From: an uncultured Bacillota bacterium
Lineage (GTDB): Bacteria > Sysuimicrobiota > Sysuimicrobiia > Sysuimicrobiales > Segetimicrobiaceae
Length of the DNA: 64,000 nucleotides
Reading direction: 5' to 3'
Assembly: GCA_963804645.1 (NCBI GenBank)
Contig: CAWDRG010000009.1
Location: forward strand, 128,001 to 192,000
Position numbers and translations under genes: made by a program. The notes under the pieces were generated by a model. The model saw only the letters and a list, made by a program, of their open reading frames with translations. It was not told the DNA's origin and made no database searches. The first letter of the stretch is position 1, and each line of letters starts with the position of its first letter. Positions 37,404 to 48,356 of this stretch are shown here, piece by piece.

Positions 37404-38603
37404 CTAGCCGGCCAGCACCTGCCGGAGACGGGCGGCCACGGCGTGCTCTTCTCCGGGCCGCAGCGCGGACGCGTTCAGGCCGATCGCCCGGCGGTGGAGA
37501 AACTGCTGGGACACGCCGATCGGCGGGTCGCCCTCGAACAGCGCGTTCACCAGCGTCTCGACCGACCGGCCGACGACGGCTTCGTCCAGATGCACCACCG
37601 CGACGGGATAGCGGCGCGCGGGGTCCGCCTCGTCGAGCAACTCCGCGCGCACGCCGGCGAGGCCGGCGAGCGCCTCGACGATCGTCCGCAGCTGCCCGCG
37701 CTGGGCGGCGCTCGTGCCGGCGTGATCGCTCGCGACGAACCGGCGGAGGGCGACGACGAGCCCAACGATCTCCTCGCGGCCGACCTTCATCGACCGGCCG
37801 AGTCCGTGGTGCGGCGGCCCGGGAAGGCGTCCGCTCGACAGGTAGCGGTCGCGCCACGGCCACGTGAGCGGATGCACGTCCATGTCCTGGTGCTGGAGGG
37901 CGACCGATTCGATCAGATCGGCGCGCCCCACGAGAATCCCGCTCGCCTGCGGGCCGCCGATCGCCTTGCCGCCGCTGAACGCGACGAGATCGGCCCCGTC
38001 GGCGATGAACCGGCGCAGATTCTCGGCGGGCGGGAGCGCGGCGGCGGCGTCGACGATCACCGGCAGCGCGTGCCGGTGCGCGATCCGGACGACCTCATCC
38101 AGGGGGACGCTGCCGGGCGCGTCGCCGACCGTGAACGCCACCGCGGCCGTGCGCTCGCTGATCGCGGCTTCAACCTGCCACGGCCAGGTCGCACCCCCGC
38201 CGGGATACCCCAGGTAGCCGACTTCCACTAAATGAGCCCCGGCGACCCGCAGCGCGTGCGTGTACGCCGTGAGGTGCGGCCGCTGAACGACGATCTCGTC
38301 GCGGAGCCCGGTGGTGCTCGGAAGCCGGTCCATCGCCGCGACGTCCAGCCCCGCGATGCACGCCGCGGCCGCCAGCGTCAATCCCGCGGCGGCGCCCGCG
38401 GTCACGTACCCGGCGTCGGCCCCGGTGACGTCGGCCAGGTACCGCCCCGCGGCGGCCTGCAGCTCGTCGATGCGCACGCACTGCTGCGCCGCCTCCGCCA
38501 TCGCGGCCGCCACCTCGGGGGCGATCGGCATGCCGCTGAGCCGCGTCAGCGGCCCCGCGGCGTTAATGATGGGGCGCACACCGAGCTCTTCGTAGATTCC
38601 CAC
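37404..38603 (-). CDS. SelA-like PLP-dependent enzyme (DgaE-like lyase family)
   Basis: YEELGVRPIINAAG, IVDAAA, GADLVAFSGGKAIGGPQASG (PLP Lys), GRSMKVGREEI. Confidence 0.88.
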   Translation of the reverse strand: MGIYEELGVRPIINAAGPLTRLSGMPIAPEVAAAMAEAAQQCVRIDELQAAAGRYLADVTGADAGYVTAGAAAGLTLAAAACIAGLDVAAMDRLPSTTGLRDEIVVQRPHLTAYTHALRVAGAHLVEVGYLGYPGGGATWPWQVEAAISERTAAVAFTVGDAPGSVPLDEVVRIAHRHALPVIVDAAAALPPAENLRRFIADGADLVAFSGGKAIGGPQASGILVGRADLIESVALQHQDMDVHPLTWPWRDRYLSSGRLPGPPHHGLGRSMKVGREEIVGLVVALRRFVASDHAGTSAAQRGQLRTIVEALAGLAGVRAELLDEADPARRYPVAVVHLDEAVVGRSVETLVNALFEGDPPIGVSQQFLHRRAIGLNASALRPGEEHAVAARLRQVLAG

Positions 38604-38811
38604 GCGCTCCTCCGCAGCCGTGCCGGCGCTTCCGCGCGCCGGCGCGAGGCCCGCGCGGCCGGCCGGAGACGGCCCCGCGCGACACCCTCAATTGTAGACG
38701 AAAAACTCCCAGGGGGTGAACACGACCCGTGCGGTGCGTCGAGCGCCCGGGCCGGCGGCGTCAGCGCGGCGCCGGCCGCCGCAGAGGCGGTCGCGCGAGA
38801 TGCGAAGCCGG

Positions 38812-40230
38812 TTAGCCGCCGCCCGCGACGTCCGCGGGGACGCTGGGCACGAGCTTGTTGAGGCCGTTCAGCGCCGCGGCCTTGTACGCTTCCGCCAGCG
38901 TCGGATAGTTGAACACCACGTCCCGGAGGTAGTTCACGGTGCCGCCGTGATCGACGAGCGCCTGCCCGATGTGAATCAGCTCGGTGGCGCTCTGCCCAAG
39001 GATGTGCACCGCCAGCAGCTTCAGCGTCTCGCGGTGGAACAGCACTTTCAGGAGCCCGTCCCGGCCGCCGCTGATCTGCACGCGCGACAGCTCGCGGAAC
39101 GGCACCACGCCGACCTCGTAGGGCACCGCCAACCGGGTCAGCTGCTGCTCGGTCGGACCGACCATCGCGACTTCCGGAATGGTATAGATGCCGTACACCA
39201 ACCGCGTGGACATCGGGGGCGCGTCGACGCCGCACGCGTGCAGCGCGGCGAGGCGGCCCTGCTCCATGGACGTCGACGCCAGGCTGAACCCTCCGATGAT
39301 GTCGCCGACCGCGTAGATGTTCGGGACGCTCGTCCGGTACGTCTCGTCCACCTTGATGCGGCCCTTCGCGTCCGTCTCGATGCCCACCGCGTCCAGCTTG
39401 AGATCCGCCGACGCGCCCGAGCGGCCCGCCGCGACCATCAGCGCATCCGTGAGGAGCGCCTTGCCGCTGGCCATCCCCACGTGCACGCGGCCCTCCGGGG
39501 TCCGGCGCACGGTGGAGACGGTCTCGCCGAACCGCAGCGTGATGCCCTCGTCCCGCATGTGGTAGTACAGCGCGTCCTCGATCTCGTCGTCCAGGGCCTC
39601 CATCGGACGCTCGCGGGAGTCGATCAGGGTCACCTGCACCCCCGCCGTCTGGAAGATCGTCGCGTACTCCACGCCGATGATCCCGGCGCCCACGACCGTC
39701 ATCGTGCGGGGAATCTCGGACAGCGTGAGCAGGCCGTCGCTGTCGATGACCGTACGGTCATCGAACTCAAACGCCGGCGGACGCAGCGGCCGGCTGCCCA
39801 CCGCGATGACGGCCTTATCGGCCGTCACCGTGCGGGAGCCGTCCTCGGTTGAGACGGTCACGTGGTGCGGGTCCGCAAACGAGCCGGTGCCGGCGAAAAT
39901 ATCGACGCCGTTCCGGATGAGCTGATCGCGCACGATGTTGGTCTCCGCCGCGATGACGAGCTGCGTCCGCGCGGTGAGGTCCTGCATCCCGATCCGCTCT
40001 TTCACCCGGAACGCGGCCCCGTACATCGGGCGCTGCCGGACCCCGGAGAGATAGGCGACGACCTCGCGCAGGGTCTTGCTCGGAATCGTGCCGTGGTGGA
40101 TGCAGCCGCCGCCGACGTCCATGTTGCGCTCGACGATCGCGGTCCGCCGGCCGATTTTCGCCGCCGCGATCGCGGCCCGCTGTCCCGCCGGGCCGCTGCC
40201 GATCACGATCAGATCATACTCGTTCGCCAC
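38812..40230 (-). CDS. sthA: Soluble pyridine nucleotide transhydrogenase
   Basis: GSGPAG, GGGCIHHGTIPSKTLRE (CxxxxT), SLASTSMEQGR, YGIYTIPE, FNYPTLAEAYK. Confidence 0.93.
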   Translation of the reverse strand: MANEYDLIVIGSGPAGQRAAIAAAKIGRRTAIVERNMDVGGGCIHHGTIPSKTLREVVAYLSGVRQRPMYGAAFRVKERIGMQDLTARTQLVIAAETNIVRDQLIRNGVDIFAGTGSFADPHHVTVSTEDGSRTVTADKAVIAVGSRPLRPPAFEFDDRTVIDSDGLLTLSEIPRTMTVVGAGIIGVEYATIFQTAGVQVTLIDSRERPMEALDDEIEDALYYHMRDEGITLRFGETVSTVRRTPEGRVHVGMASGKALLTDALMVAAGRSGASADLKLDAVGIETDAKGRIKVDETYRTSVPNIYAVGDIIGGFSLASTSMEQGRLAALHACGVDAPPMSTRLVYGIYTIPEVAMVGPTEQQLTRLAVPYEVGVVPFRELSRVQISGGRDGLLKVLFHRETLKLLAVHILGQSATELIHIGQALVDHGGTVNYLRDVVFNYPTLAEAYKAAALNGLNKLVPSVPADVAGGG

Positions 40231-40327
40231 AGCCGTCTCTCCCCCGAGTCGTCGCGGAGCCTCAGCGCGGTGACATCCGGCCGGGCCGCCGCCCTCCGGA
40301 TGCTTGCATCCGCGGGCAACCGGTAAC

Positions 40328-40357
40328 AATATACACGCGGCCGCCGGTTATTGGACA
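40328..40357 (-). promoter_or_regulatory. Candidate sigma70 promoter for sthA
   Basis: Minus strand TGTCCA-N18-TATATT with TG just upstream of the -10 box. Confidence 0.35.
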
Positions 40358-40554
40358 CGATCGGCCCGTCCGGACCCGCACGGCGGAGGCCGGCACGCGC
40401 GATCAGGATACGCGCGACGTGTTATGCCCCCCTCCAGCGACCGTTACCTTTCTATATAAGAGAAGACGAATGCTCGGGCGGACCGGATCACTGTCTCGCG
40501 GAAGACTAATTTCGAAAGCGAAGGGTTGCGTAGCGCCGGCCTCCGGCGCGCCGC

Positions 40555-41136
40555 TCAGTTGGCGAAGGTAATCTCGATCTTGGGTTGGGTCTGCAGTTCG
40601 CGGAGAGGCTCGCGGATCGGCTTCACGGCCTTCATCTCGCAGATCATCTCCCGCACCACGTTGCGGTGCGTCCGGATGTGCTCGATGATCGCCTTCGCAT
40701 CCATACCCGCATAGGCGGCCCGTTCCACTAAGAGGAGAATGCGCACGACGTCCCAGTCTCCCCGGTAGCCGTAATCCGCCCGCCAGTAGTACGGCTGCCC
40801 AAAGTACCCGAACGTGCCGGGAAAGCACAGACGCACGTGCGTGGGATCTTCCGACCCGTCGTCGCTCGCCCCGTGGGGCACGCGGATCGTCGCCATGGCC
40901 CCGGGCTTGGCGACCCGGTGCAGCTCCTGCATCATCGGGAGCGGCGCGCGGATGTGCTCGAGCAGGTGCGAGAGCAGGAACTCGTCGATGCTGTTGTCCT
41001 CGATCGGCAGGGGGACATCGGCGCAGCGTTCGAGATCGGCCACGATGTCCACGCCGGGCAGCGGCATGACGTCGAGGTTGATCCATCCCTCGAGAATGTT
41101 CCGTCCGCACCCCACGTTGAGGCGCCGTTCAGCCAT
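40555..41136 (-). CDS. Class I SAM-dependent methyltransferase
   Basis: LNVGCG, GWINLD, HLLEH, ELHRVAKPG, DPTH. Confidence 0.88.
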   Translation of the reverse strand: MAERRLNVGCGRNILEGWINLDVMPLPGVDIVADLERCADVPLPIEDNSIDEFLLSHLLEHIRAPLPMMQELHRVAKPGAMATIRVPHGASDDGSEDPTHVRLCFPGTFGYFGQPYYWRADYGYRGDWDVVRILLLVERAAYAGMDAKAIIEHIRTHRNVVREMICEMKAVKPIREPLRELQTQPKIEITFAN

Positions 41137-41172
41137 GACGCCGGCCGCCCGTCGCGCACCGCCCCACGGGGC

Positions 41173-41859
41173 TCAACTCGTCTTGCCCGGCTTGACGATC
41201 TCGATGTGGATGATCTTCACCGGATTCTGCGGCCGGTCCTGACTGTTCCGCGGCATGCGCGCGATCTTCTTCACCAGCTCCACGGACGCGTCGTCGCACT
41301 GCCCGAAGATCGTGTACCCGCCCTGCGGCGGATTCAGGCCCGGCTGCGCGGCCTCCGTGATGAAAAACTGAGACCCGTTGGTGTTGGGGCCGGCGTTGGC
41401 CATCGCGAGCCGCCCGGGCCGGTCGAACGTCAGATCCGGGCGCAGCTCGTCCGCGAACTGATAGCCGGGTCCGCCCATGCCCGTGCCCACCGGGTCGCCG
41501 CCCTGGATCATGAAGCCCGGGATCACCCGGTGAAAGATGACGCCGTCGTACAGCGGCCGGCCGTGCACCACCTTGCCGGTCGCGGGGTCGGTCCAGTCCT
41601 TGGTCCCGGTCGCGAGCCCGATGAAGTTGGCCGAGGTGACCGGCACCTTCTCGAGGAAGATCTCGCATCGGAGATCGCCCGCGGTGGTGTGAATGATCGC
41701 GGTCGGGTCCTGCGTTGCTGGGGCGGGCTGCGCGGCAGACATCTGAGATCCTCCGGATTCGACGGTATCGTCCACGATGGGCCGACCGCCCGTAGGCCCG
41801 GCCAGGGCCGGCACGGTCAACACGGCGAGCACCATCCACACGATCGCACCAATACGCAT
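41173..41859 (-). CDS. Cyclophilin-type peptidyl-prolyl isomerase with signal peptide
   Basis: FHRVIPGFMIQGGDP, LAMANAGPNTNGSQFFI, YTIFG. Confidence 0.95.
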   Translation of the reverse strand: MRIGAIVWMVLAVLTVPALAGPTGGRPIVDDTVESGGSQMSAAQPAPATQDPTAIIHTTAGDLRCEIFLEKVPVTSANFIGLATGTKDWTDPATGKVVHGRPLYDGVIFHRVIPGFMIQGGDPVGTGMGGPGYQFADELRPDLTFDRPGRLAMANAGPNTNGSQFFITEAAQPGLNPPQGGYTIFGQCDDASVELVKKIARMPRNSQDRPQNPVKIIHIEIVKPGKTS

Positions 41860-42037
41860 GTCATCCCTCTCCTGAACCGCCCGTCATGACGTTCGACGAC
41901 GCTCGCGACTGATGGGGGCGCCGCGCTTCGAGCCGGCAACTCCCTGATATGCCACGTCTCAACGCCCTGCACCTGCTTGTGTACACCGGGGAGCCCGTAC
42001 CACGACCACCGCCGGCGTCGGGCCGCGGGGCCGCGGC

Positions 42038-43745
42038 CTATCCCTCCGTCCGCCACGCCTCGACCGCGCCGGCGATGGTGGTCGTCGGCTCGAGCGTGCC
42101 AAATCGATCGGCTGGCGCCGCCGCCAGGATCAACCGCCGCACCGGGTAGCGCGCATGCACCAGCCGCAGGCTGATGCCGCTCTTGCCGAGCCGGTCGTGG
42201 AGATCCTCGAGCATGGCCACCGCCGCCAGATCGACCTGCGACGCCCCTTCCAGGGTAAACACGACGAGCTTGATCGGCCGCCCTGCCCGCTCCACCGCGG
42301 CGGTCGCCGCGTTTCGCACGGACGCCGCGTTGGCGAAGAAGATGGCGCCATCCACGCGAAAGACCAGCACGTCCGGAATCTCCTCGTTGTGCGGGGCGTG
42401 GGCCAGATCCGTGAAATTGTCCGTGCCCGGGACGCGGCCGAGGATCGCCGTGGGCGGGTGCGCCGCGCGTGCGATGAGCATCACGACGGACGCAATGACC
42501 CCGACGAACAACCCCCGGAGCATCCCCAGGACCAGCGACGCTGATCGCGGCCAGCAGGGCGATCCGAAACTCGGCCGGGCTGGCGCGGCGCATGCGGCCC
42601 AACGCCCCCAGGTCGATCAGGCCCGCCGCGGCCACGAGCACCACCGCGGCCAAGATGGGACTCGGCAGGTTGCGGAACAACCCGGTCAGGAACATCAGCA
42701 CCGCGGCGATCAGCGCGACGGCCACCAGGAGCGCCGCGGGCGTCCTGGCGCCGCTGGCGTCGTTCACGGCCGACTGCGACATCCCGCCGCCCACGGGGTA
42801 CCCGTGACCGAACGCGACGGCCGCGTTGGTGACGCCGAGCGCGAGCAGCTCCTGGTTCGGGTCGATCTCGTAGCCGTGCTTCGCGGCGAAGGTGCGAGCG
42901 ACCGCCATGCTCTCGACGTAGGACAGCAAGAAACACGCCAGCGCCAGCGAGAGCAACGTGTCGAAGTCGGCCCCCGACACGGCGGGGAGCGTCAGCGCGG
43001 GCAGCCCTTGTGGAATCCGCCCAACCACGTCGACCCCCCGCGCTGCCAGCGAGGTCACCGAGGCAAAGACGATGGACAGCACGACCACCACCAGCGACAC
43101 CGGCCGCCTGGGAAATAGACGTCCGCCGACGACCAGCAGCACGATGCCGGCCAGGCCCACTTCCAGCGCGGGCCCCTTCGTCTCTCCCAGATGTCGAACG
43201 AGGAACACGATGCGGGGGATGAAGTTGCCGCTCCCCCCCGAGATGCCGAACAACTTCGGCAGCTGCGTCGAGGCGATCTGCAGCGCGACCCCCGCCTTGA
43301 ACCCCGTCAGCACCGTGTCGGCGATGAAGTTGACGATCACGCCCAGGCGGAGGGCCCAGGCGACGGCGCTCGCGACCGCCACCATCAGCGCCGTGGCGGC
43401 CGCGAGGGCCGCGTAACGTGCCGGATCGCCGGCGACGAGCGCGCCGAGCGTCGAGGCCACGAGGATCGAGATCGACGAGGTCGGGCCCACCGCCATCTGC
43501 CGCGAGCTGCCGAAGACCGCGTAGGCCAGACCGCCGAGCATGACGCAGTACAGCCCGACCTGCGACGGCAGCCCGGCGAGGGACGCGTAGGCGAGCGCCA
43601 CGGGAATCGTGAACGCCGCGAGCGTCAGGCCGGCCACGATGTCGGGGCGCAGCCACGCCGCTTCGTATCCCGGCAGCCACCGGGTGATCGGCGCGACGGT
43701 CTTCAACAGCATGAGCCAGCGGGAGTGGGGGGCTGACGCCGCCAT
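42038..43745 (-). CDS. SulP anion transporter with STAS domain (+1 frameshift near 42537, probably an error)
   Basis: DIVAGLT..IPVALAYASLAG, FGSSR..VGP, NQELLALG; continues in ORF 42038..42523 with FRVDGAIFFANA STAS. Confidence 0.88.
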
Positions 43746-44114
43746 CTCAGGATCCGGTCAGCTCGTGCGGGTCATGCGACGCGAACGGCCGGCGCGCACG
43801 TGCGGCGCCGATGCACGACTGAGTCCGGACGGCCTCCTCCCCGGCAGGGTGCCCGCAGTGGATGCAGATCCATACGCTGCGTCCGCCGGGGATTCCTGGC
43901 GCCGCGTTGCGCGGCGGTGCCGTCCGCCGCGGGGCGGAATCCGGGATGCGCCCGGGCGAGCAACGCGGAGTTATCTGTCCGCTGTGCCGATCTGAGCGGG
44001 TGGGTGTGGAGACGCGCGCCGGCGTCCGCCGTGACGCTGCCGGACGGCCCCCCGGGAACCGGCGGCCGAGTCGCGCGTCTCCCCGGCGTGCCGAGCGGCC
44101 CTACGGCGGCGATC

Positions 44115-46731
44115 CTAGCCGTACCGAAAGCCGACGCCCCCGCAGAGCGTCGCCATCAGCACGCCCTTGTCGGCGGTGCTCGTCCGGTACGTCCGGCAGG
44201 TGAACCCCCCGGCGTTCGTGAGAATGTACGTGGCGGGCGGATTGTCGGGGTTCGCGGTCGTGTTTAGGGCCACCAGACCGTGGTGGCTGCCGCCGGACGT
44301 GTAGTTGGGGGACATGAGCCACTGCGTGCCCGAACCGTCCGTATAGACGTCGATGCCCGGTGCGGCGAGCGGATTGTTTGTCGGATCCGAATCACCGGTC
44401 GCGGTGATCTGTCCGGTCCGCCGCATCGTGGCCGGATTGTAGACTCGGATGCCGAGATCTCCCTGGCTCACGTAGATCCGTTGGCTCGCCTTGCGAATCT
44501 CGCAGATCCCGCCCGCGGCCGGAATGAAGGACCCGCTGACGTTGGGCGCGTTGCCGAACCACCCGATGTGTTGGGACGCGAGCGTGATGGCGCGCGTCGA
44601 CGCCGGCAGGCCGACGGCGCCCGTGACGGGCGACGGGCCGAAGATCTGCGGGCTCGTCGTGTACTGGTACTGCCCGTACACGCTCAGCGTCGCCGACAGC
44701 GGCGGCGCGGGCGGCAGTCCCGACACGATGAGCGCGTTGGACGGACTCTGCAGCGTCACCGCGTTGGACAGCCCCGACATCCCGCAGCACACGCCGAAGG
44801 CGTCAAAGTAGGCGATCAGCACCTGATACGTGAACGGTGTCTCGACGCTCCCGCCGGTGCCGGCGGCGATGTGCGGCGCCGCGACGAGCGTCACCAGCCG
44901 GTCCGGGATGTCCGCAGTCACGATCGGCGCGATGATGCCGAGGCGGCCGACGTCGAACGCCATGACGCCGAGCGCGGAGTCCGAGACCCACAGCGTGGAG
45001 CCCGGTACGCCGCACGCGCCGTCGATGAACAAGACCGTTGATCCCCTGCGTCCCGGACGGCCCCGTGTACGCCGCAACGGCCGTGAGCGCGTACGACGGC
45101 GCGGGCCCCACCGCGTAGGTCACGATCTTGAGCACCCCGTAGGCGTTCACGAGCGCACTCAGATACTTTCCGTCCCACGCGGTGTTGACGAGGGTCGAAT
45201 CGCCGTAGCACAGAAGCGGTGTCATGTTGCCGTTCCGGCACTGGAACAGGTAGTCGTAGGCGTTTTCGGCCGCGCCCGGCGCGATCCGCAGCGTGGGATC
45301 GGTCCCGCCCGCGGTGGTGCCGAACGGCTGCAGGCGGCTGCCGATCAGGGTCCCCACGGACCCGGTGGCCCTTAGATTGTCCGTCGGATCGTGCACCTCG
45401 TAGGAGAAGCGGCACGTCGAATACACCCACTGGTCGGCGTCGCTCGCCACCGTCGTCGCCTGGCGGGTTTCTGCGTTGGCGTAGCACCGCTGCAGCACCC
45501 CGACCGGTCCGGCGGCGGCCACCTTCGACACATCGTAGATGACCGTCCCGCCCGGTCCGCCGCCGCCGCCCTCGGACGAGAGCGCAAATTTGTTCCCGTC
45601 CGGGCTGACCGCCGTGTCGACGGCCGGACACGACATGCTGCCGCCGGGACCGGACTGCGTCCACCCGGGGATGGTGGTGATCAGGCTCAGCGCGTCCCCT
45701 GCCCCGATCGCGAGCACGTCCGTTCCCGATTGATTCATATCGCCCCACGTGGCGTACAGCAGATTGTGCACGCGGTCGAACTTGAGCTGTCCGTACCCCG
45801 TCGCGCGCGCGGGGGCCTGGTAGGTCGCGGGAGCGCCGATCGGCCGCGGCGCCGTCGGTGTGGTGATGTCGTACGTCACAATCACGTTGCCGTTCCCGGC
45901 GTACAGGCGGGTGCCGTTGGGGACGCCGACGTGCAGGTTCGGGATTGTGGCGAGGCGCGTGCCCGGCCCTCCCCCCGCAACGAGCAGCGCCAGGTTGAAC
46001 AGATAGAGGTTCCCCGTCGCGTTGTCGCAGCACACGAGCCGCTGGTTGGCGCGGTCGATCTCCATGCCGTAGACGCCGCTCCACTGATCCGATGACTGAA
46101 ACGTGAACGTCGCTCCGCTCTGGATGTTCGTCGCGGTCAGCGTGCCGGGCGTCCCGTCATGGGCGAGGTAGACATACGTGCTGTCAATCTGCACGGCCTG
46201 GCTGATCGCGCTGAAGGCTTTGGGCCAGTTCGCATTCGCCATCGCCATGGTGGAGCCGTTGAGCACCTGTGCCTGGGGCACGATCGAGTTGTTGACGGCC
46301 ACGTACCCTTTGAACTGGGCACTTTTCCGCGGGTTGTTGTACACGGCGTTGCTGCAGGCGTAGGACAGCACCGTGTTCTGTCCGCTCTGCGTGTCGACGC
46401 AGATGACCCCGACGTCGCCTTCCTGCGTGGGGATGTACAGGTACCGGCTGTCGTCGCTGAACGCCGGACCGCCCGCGAACCCCTGAAAGCTCGCTTTCGT
46501 CACCGGGACGGTGATCGCCGGGCCGCCGTAATTGCCGTAGACCGTCATGTCGCGCAGCTTCTGCCAGGTTCCCCCGCTGACGGCCGCCAACGCAGTGTCG
46601 GTGTTCGTCGCGGTCTTGATCGCGGCGGCGACCCCGCCCATCGCCCCGCCCAGCCCGATCGAGATCACCGCGCTGGCGCTCTGGCGAAGGAACGTTCTCC
46701 GACTGTAGGCGGACGCGGCCGTGCCTGTCAT
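44115..46731 (-). CDS. Large Tat-exported LVIVD-like beta-propeller protein (frameshift near 45035)
   Basis: SRRTFLR twin-arginine signal; repeats such as LYAGNGNVIVTYDITTPTAP and IYVSQGDLGIRVYN; ORFs 44803..46761 and 44115..45077 join on removing one base. Confidence 0.72.
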
Positions 46732-46987
46732 CGCACCGACCCCTCCCCGGGTTCCGTCCAACGGCGCCGCGCAGTGTCAGCGCAGCCGTCCGGATCGTCG
46801 TGCTGCGTCGCACATCCCGCCCCGTATATGCCCGCCGCCCCGTTTACCCGGACGCCACGAGACAGAAAACTCAGTCCGCACGTCTACACCGGGGCGTCCC
46901 ATCCCTCGATCTGTCGGGTGGCGGCAGGTCTGAATCCCGCCGGTGCACGGTATAAACGAAGAGGCAGGGTCGGGGAGCGGCTGCGGG

Positions 46988-47573
46988 ATGACGCGAAGAC
47001 GACGGATCGCCGCGGGACGCAGGCGGCGCGCTGCGGATTGGGGTGAGACCGGGTTCACCCTGATCGAGACGATGCTTGGGATCGTGCTGCTGACTGTTGG
47101 ACTCCTCGCCGTCGCGGACGTCTACCCGCACGGACTGGCGCTGTCGGCGTACGGCCAGGCTCAGACCGCGGCGGCCGCCCTGTCCGAACGCTGGATCGAG
47201 GATCTCAAGAGCGAGCCCGACCTCCACGCTGATCCATGACCTGGGGGACTACGGCACGGTGCCGAGCCAATATTTCGACCAAAACGGCACCCCCACGACG
47301 GCCGCCGCCGCGGTCTTCACGGTGGACCTCCAGATCCAGTCGTGGATCTGGGACCCGGGGACGGCCCAGTACATCATCTCCGCGACGCCGTACACCTCCC
47401 CGAGCTCCGGACAGTACGTCTATCGCGTGTCGGCCGCCACGCACTGGCTCGTCAACGGCCACACCGCGTTCACGTTTGGCAACAGCGGCGCCCCGAACGG
47501 GTGCGTGGTCGGCGGGGTCGCGGCGCCGGAAGGAGCCGGCTGTGTGCAGACGAGCACCTTCGTCACGCCGTAA
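46988..47573 (+). CDS. Type IV minor pilin-like protein (PilV-like; frameshift near 47218)
   Basis: Basic leader then G|FTLIETMLGIVLLTVGLLAV; continues in frame of ORF 47097..47573 after removing one C. Confidence 0.8.
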
Positions 47574-48276
47574 CGCCGCGCGGCCGCACGCGCGCGCAGG
47601 CCTCGGCGCCGAGCAGGGCATGACGGTGATCGAGCTGATGAGCGCGCTGCTCGTGTTTTCGCTCGTCATGGGCGCGCTCTCGTCGCTGTTGATCACGAGT
47701 CTGGCCGTGTATTCGAAGGGCAGCGTGAGCACGCAGGCCCAGGTCAGCGTGCACCTCACGCTCGGCCGCCTTGTGCGCGAGGTGCGCCAGGCGCGCCGGT
47801 TGCTCAACGGCACGCAGGAAAGCGCGAACGGCGTGACGTTCAGTTTCAATACAACGTGCACCATCACCCCACAGCTCAGCTTCGCGCTGCCGCATACCGC
47901 GGTGTACGCGCTGTCCGACGGCACGACCGCCTACACCACCGACGCGAACGCGTCGGGCGTCAACCCCTACGACGGCTGGTACGTGAGCTATTACCTGTCG
48001 GCCGCGCAGGCGGCCGGGACCGGAGCGCTCGCGCCCGCGGCGGATGCGTCGGGTCCGTACGTCATTCGGGTCGAGTACGATGTCACCGCCGGCCAGCTGT
48101 CGTACGGGACGGTAACAGGCGGCGTCACGGCGCTGACGCTCGCCGCCCAGGGCGGCTGCCCCACCGCGAATACGCGCAATCTCTCCATCACGGTGGCGGG
48201 AGCCGCGGCGGCGGTGAACGAGGCCGTAACCACCACCGACGTGATCACGAGCGATGTCACCCTCCGCAACCAATAG
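47542..48276 (+). CDS. Type IV minor pilin-like protein (PilW-like)
   Basis: EQG|MTVIELMSALLVFSLVMG...RLVREVRQA; GTG at 47542 with AGGAG RBS. Confidence 0.82.
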   Translation: MCRRAPSSRRNAARPHARAGLGAEQGMTVIELMSALLVFSLVMGALSSLLITSLAVYSKGSVSTQAQVSVHLTLGRLVREVRQARRLLNGTQESANGVTFSFNTTCTITPQLSFALPHTAVYALSDGTTAYTTDANASGVNPYDGWYVSYYLSAAQAAGTGALAPAADASGPYVIRVEYDVTAGQLSYGTVTGGVTALTLAAQGGCPTANTRNLSITVAGAAAAVNEAVTTTDVITSDVTLRNQ

Positions 48277-48356
48277 GGTCCGGCAGCGGACCCGCGCGCC
48301 CCGGGGACGCGCCGCGTGCGGCGGGGTGGGAGTCGGCCGCCCGCTCGGACGCCGGG

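Noticed and set aside
37404..38603. Selenocysteine synthase selA
   Set aside because: Lacks the SelA N-terminal tRNA-binding domain and no selB/selC/selD nearby; fits the SelA-like lyase group.
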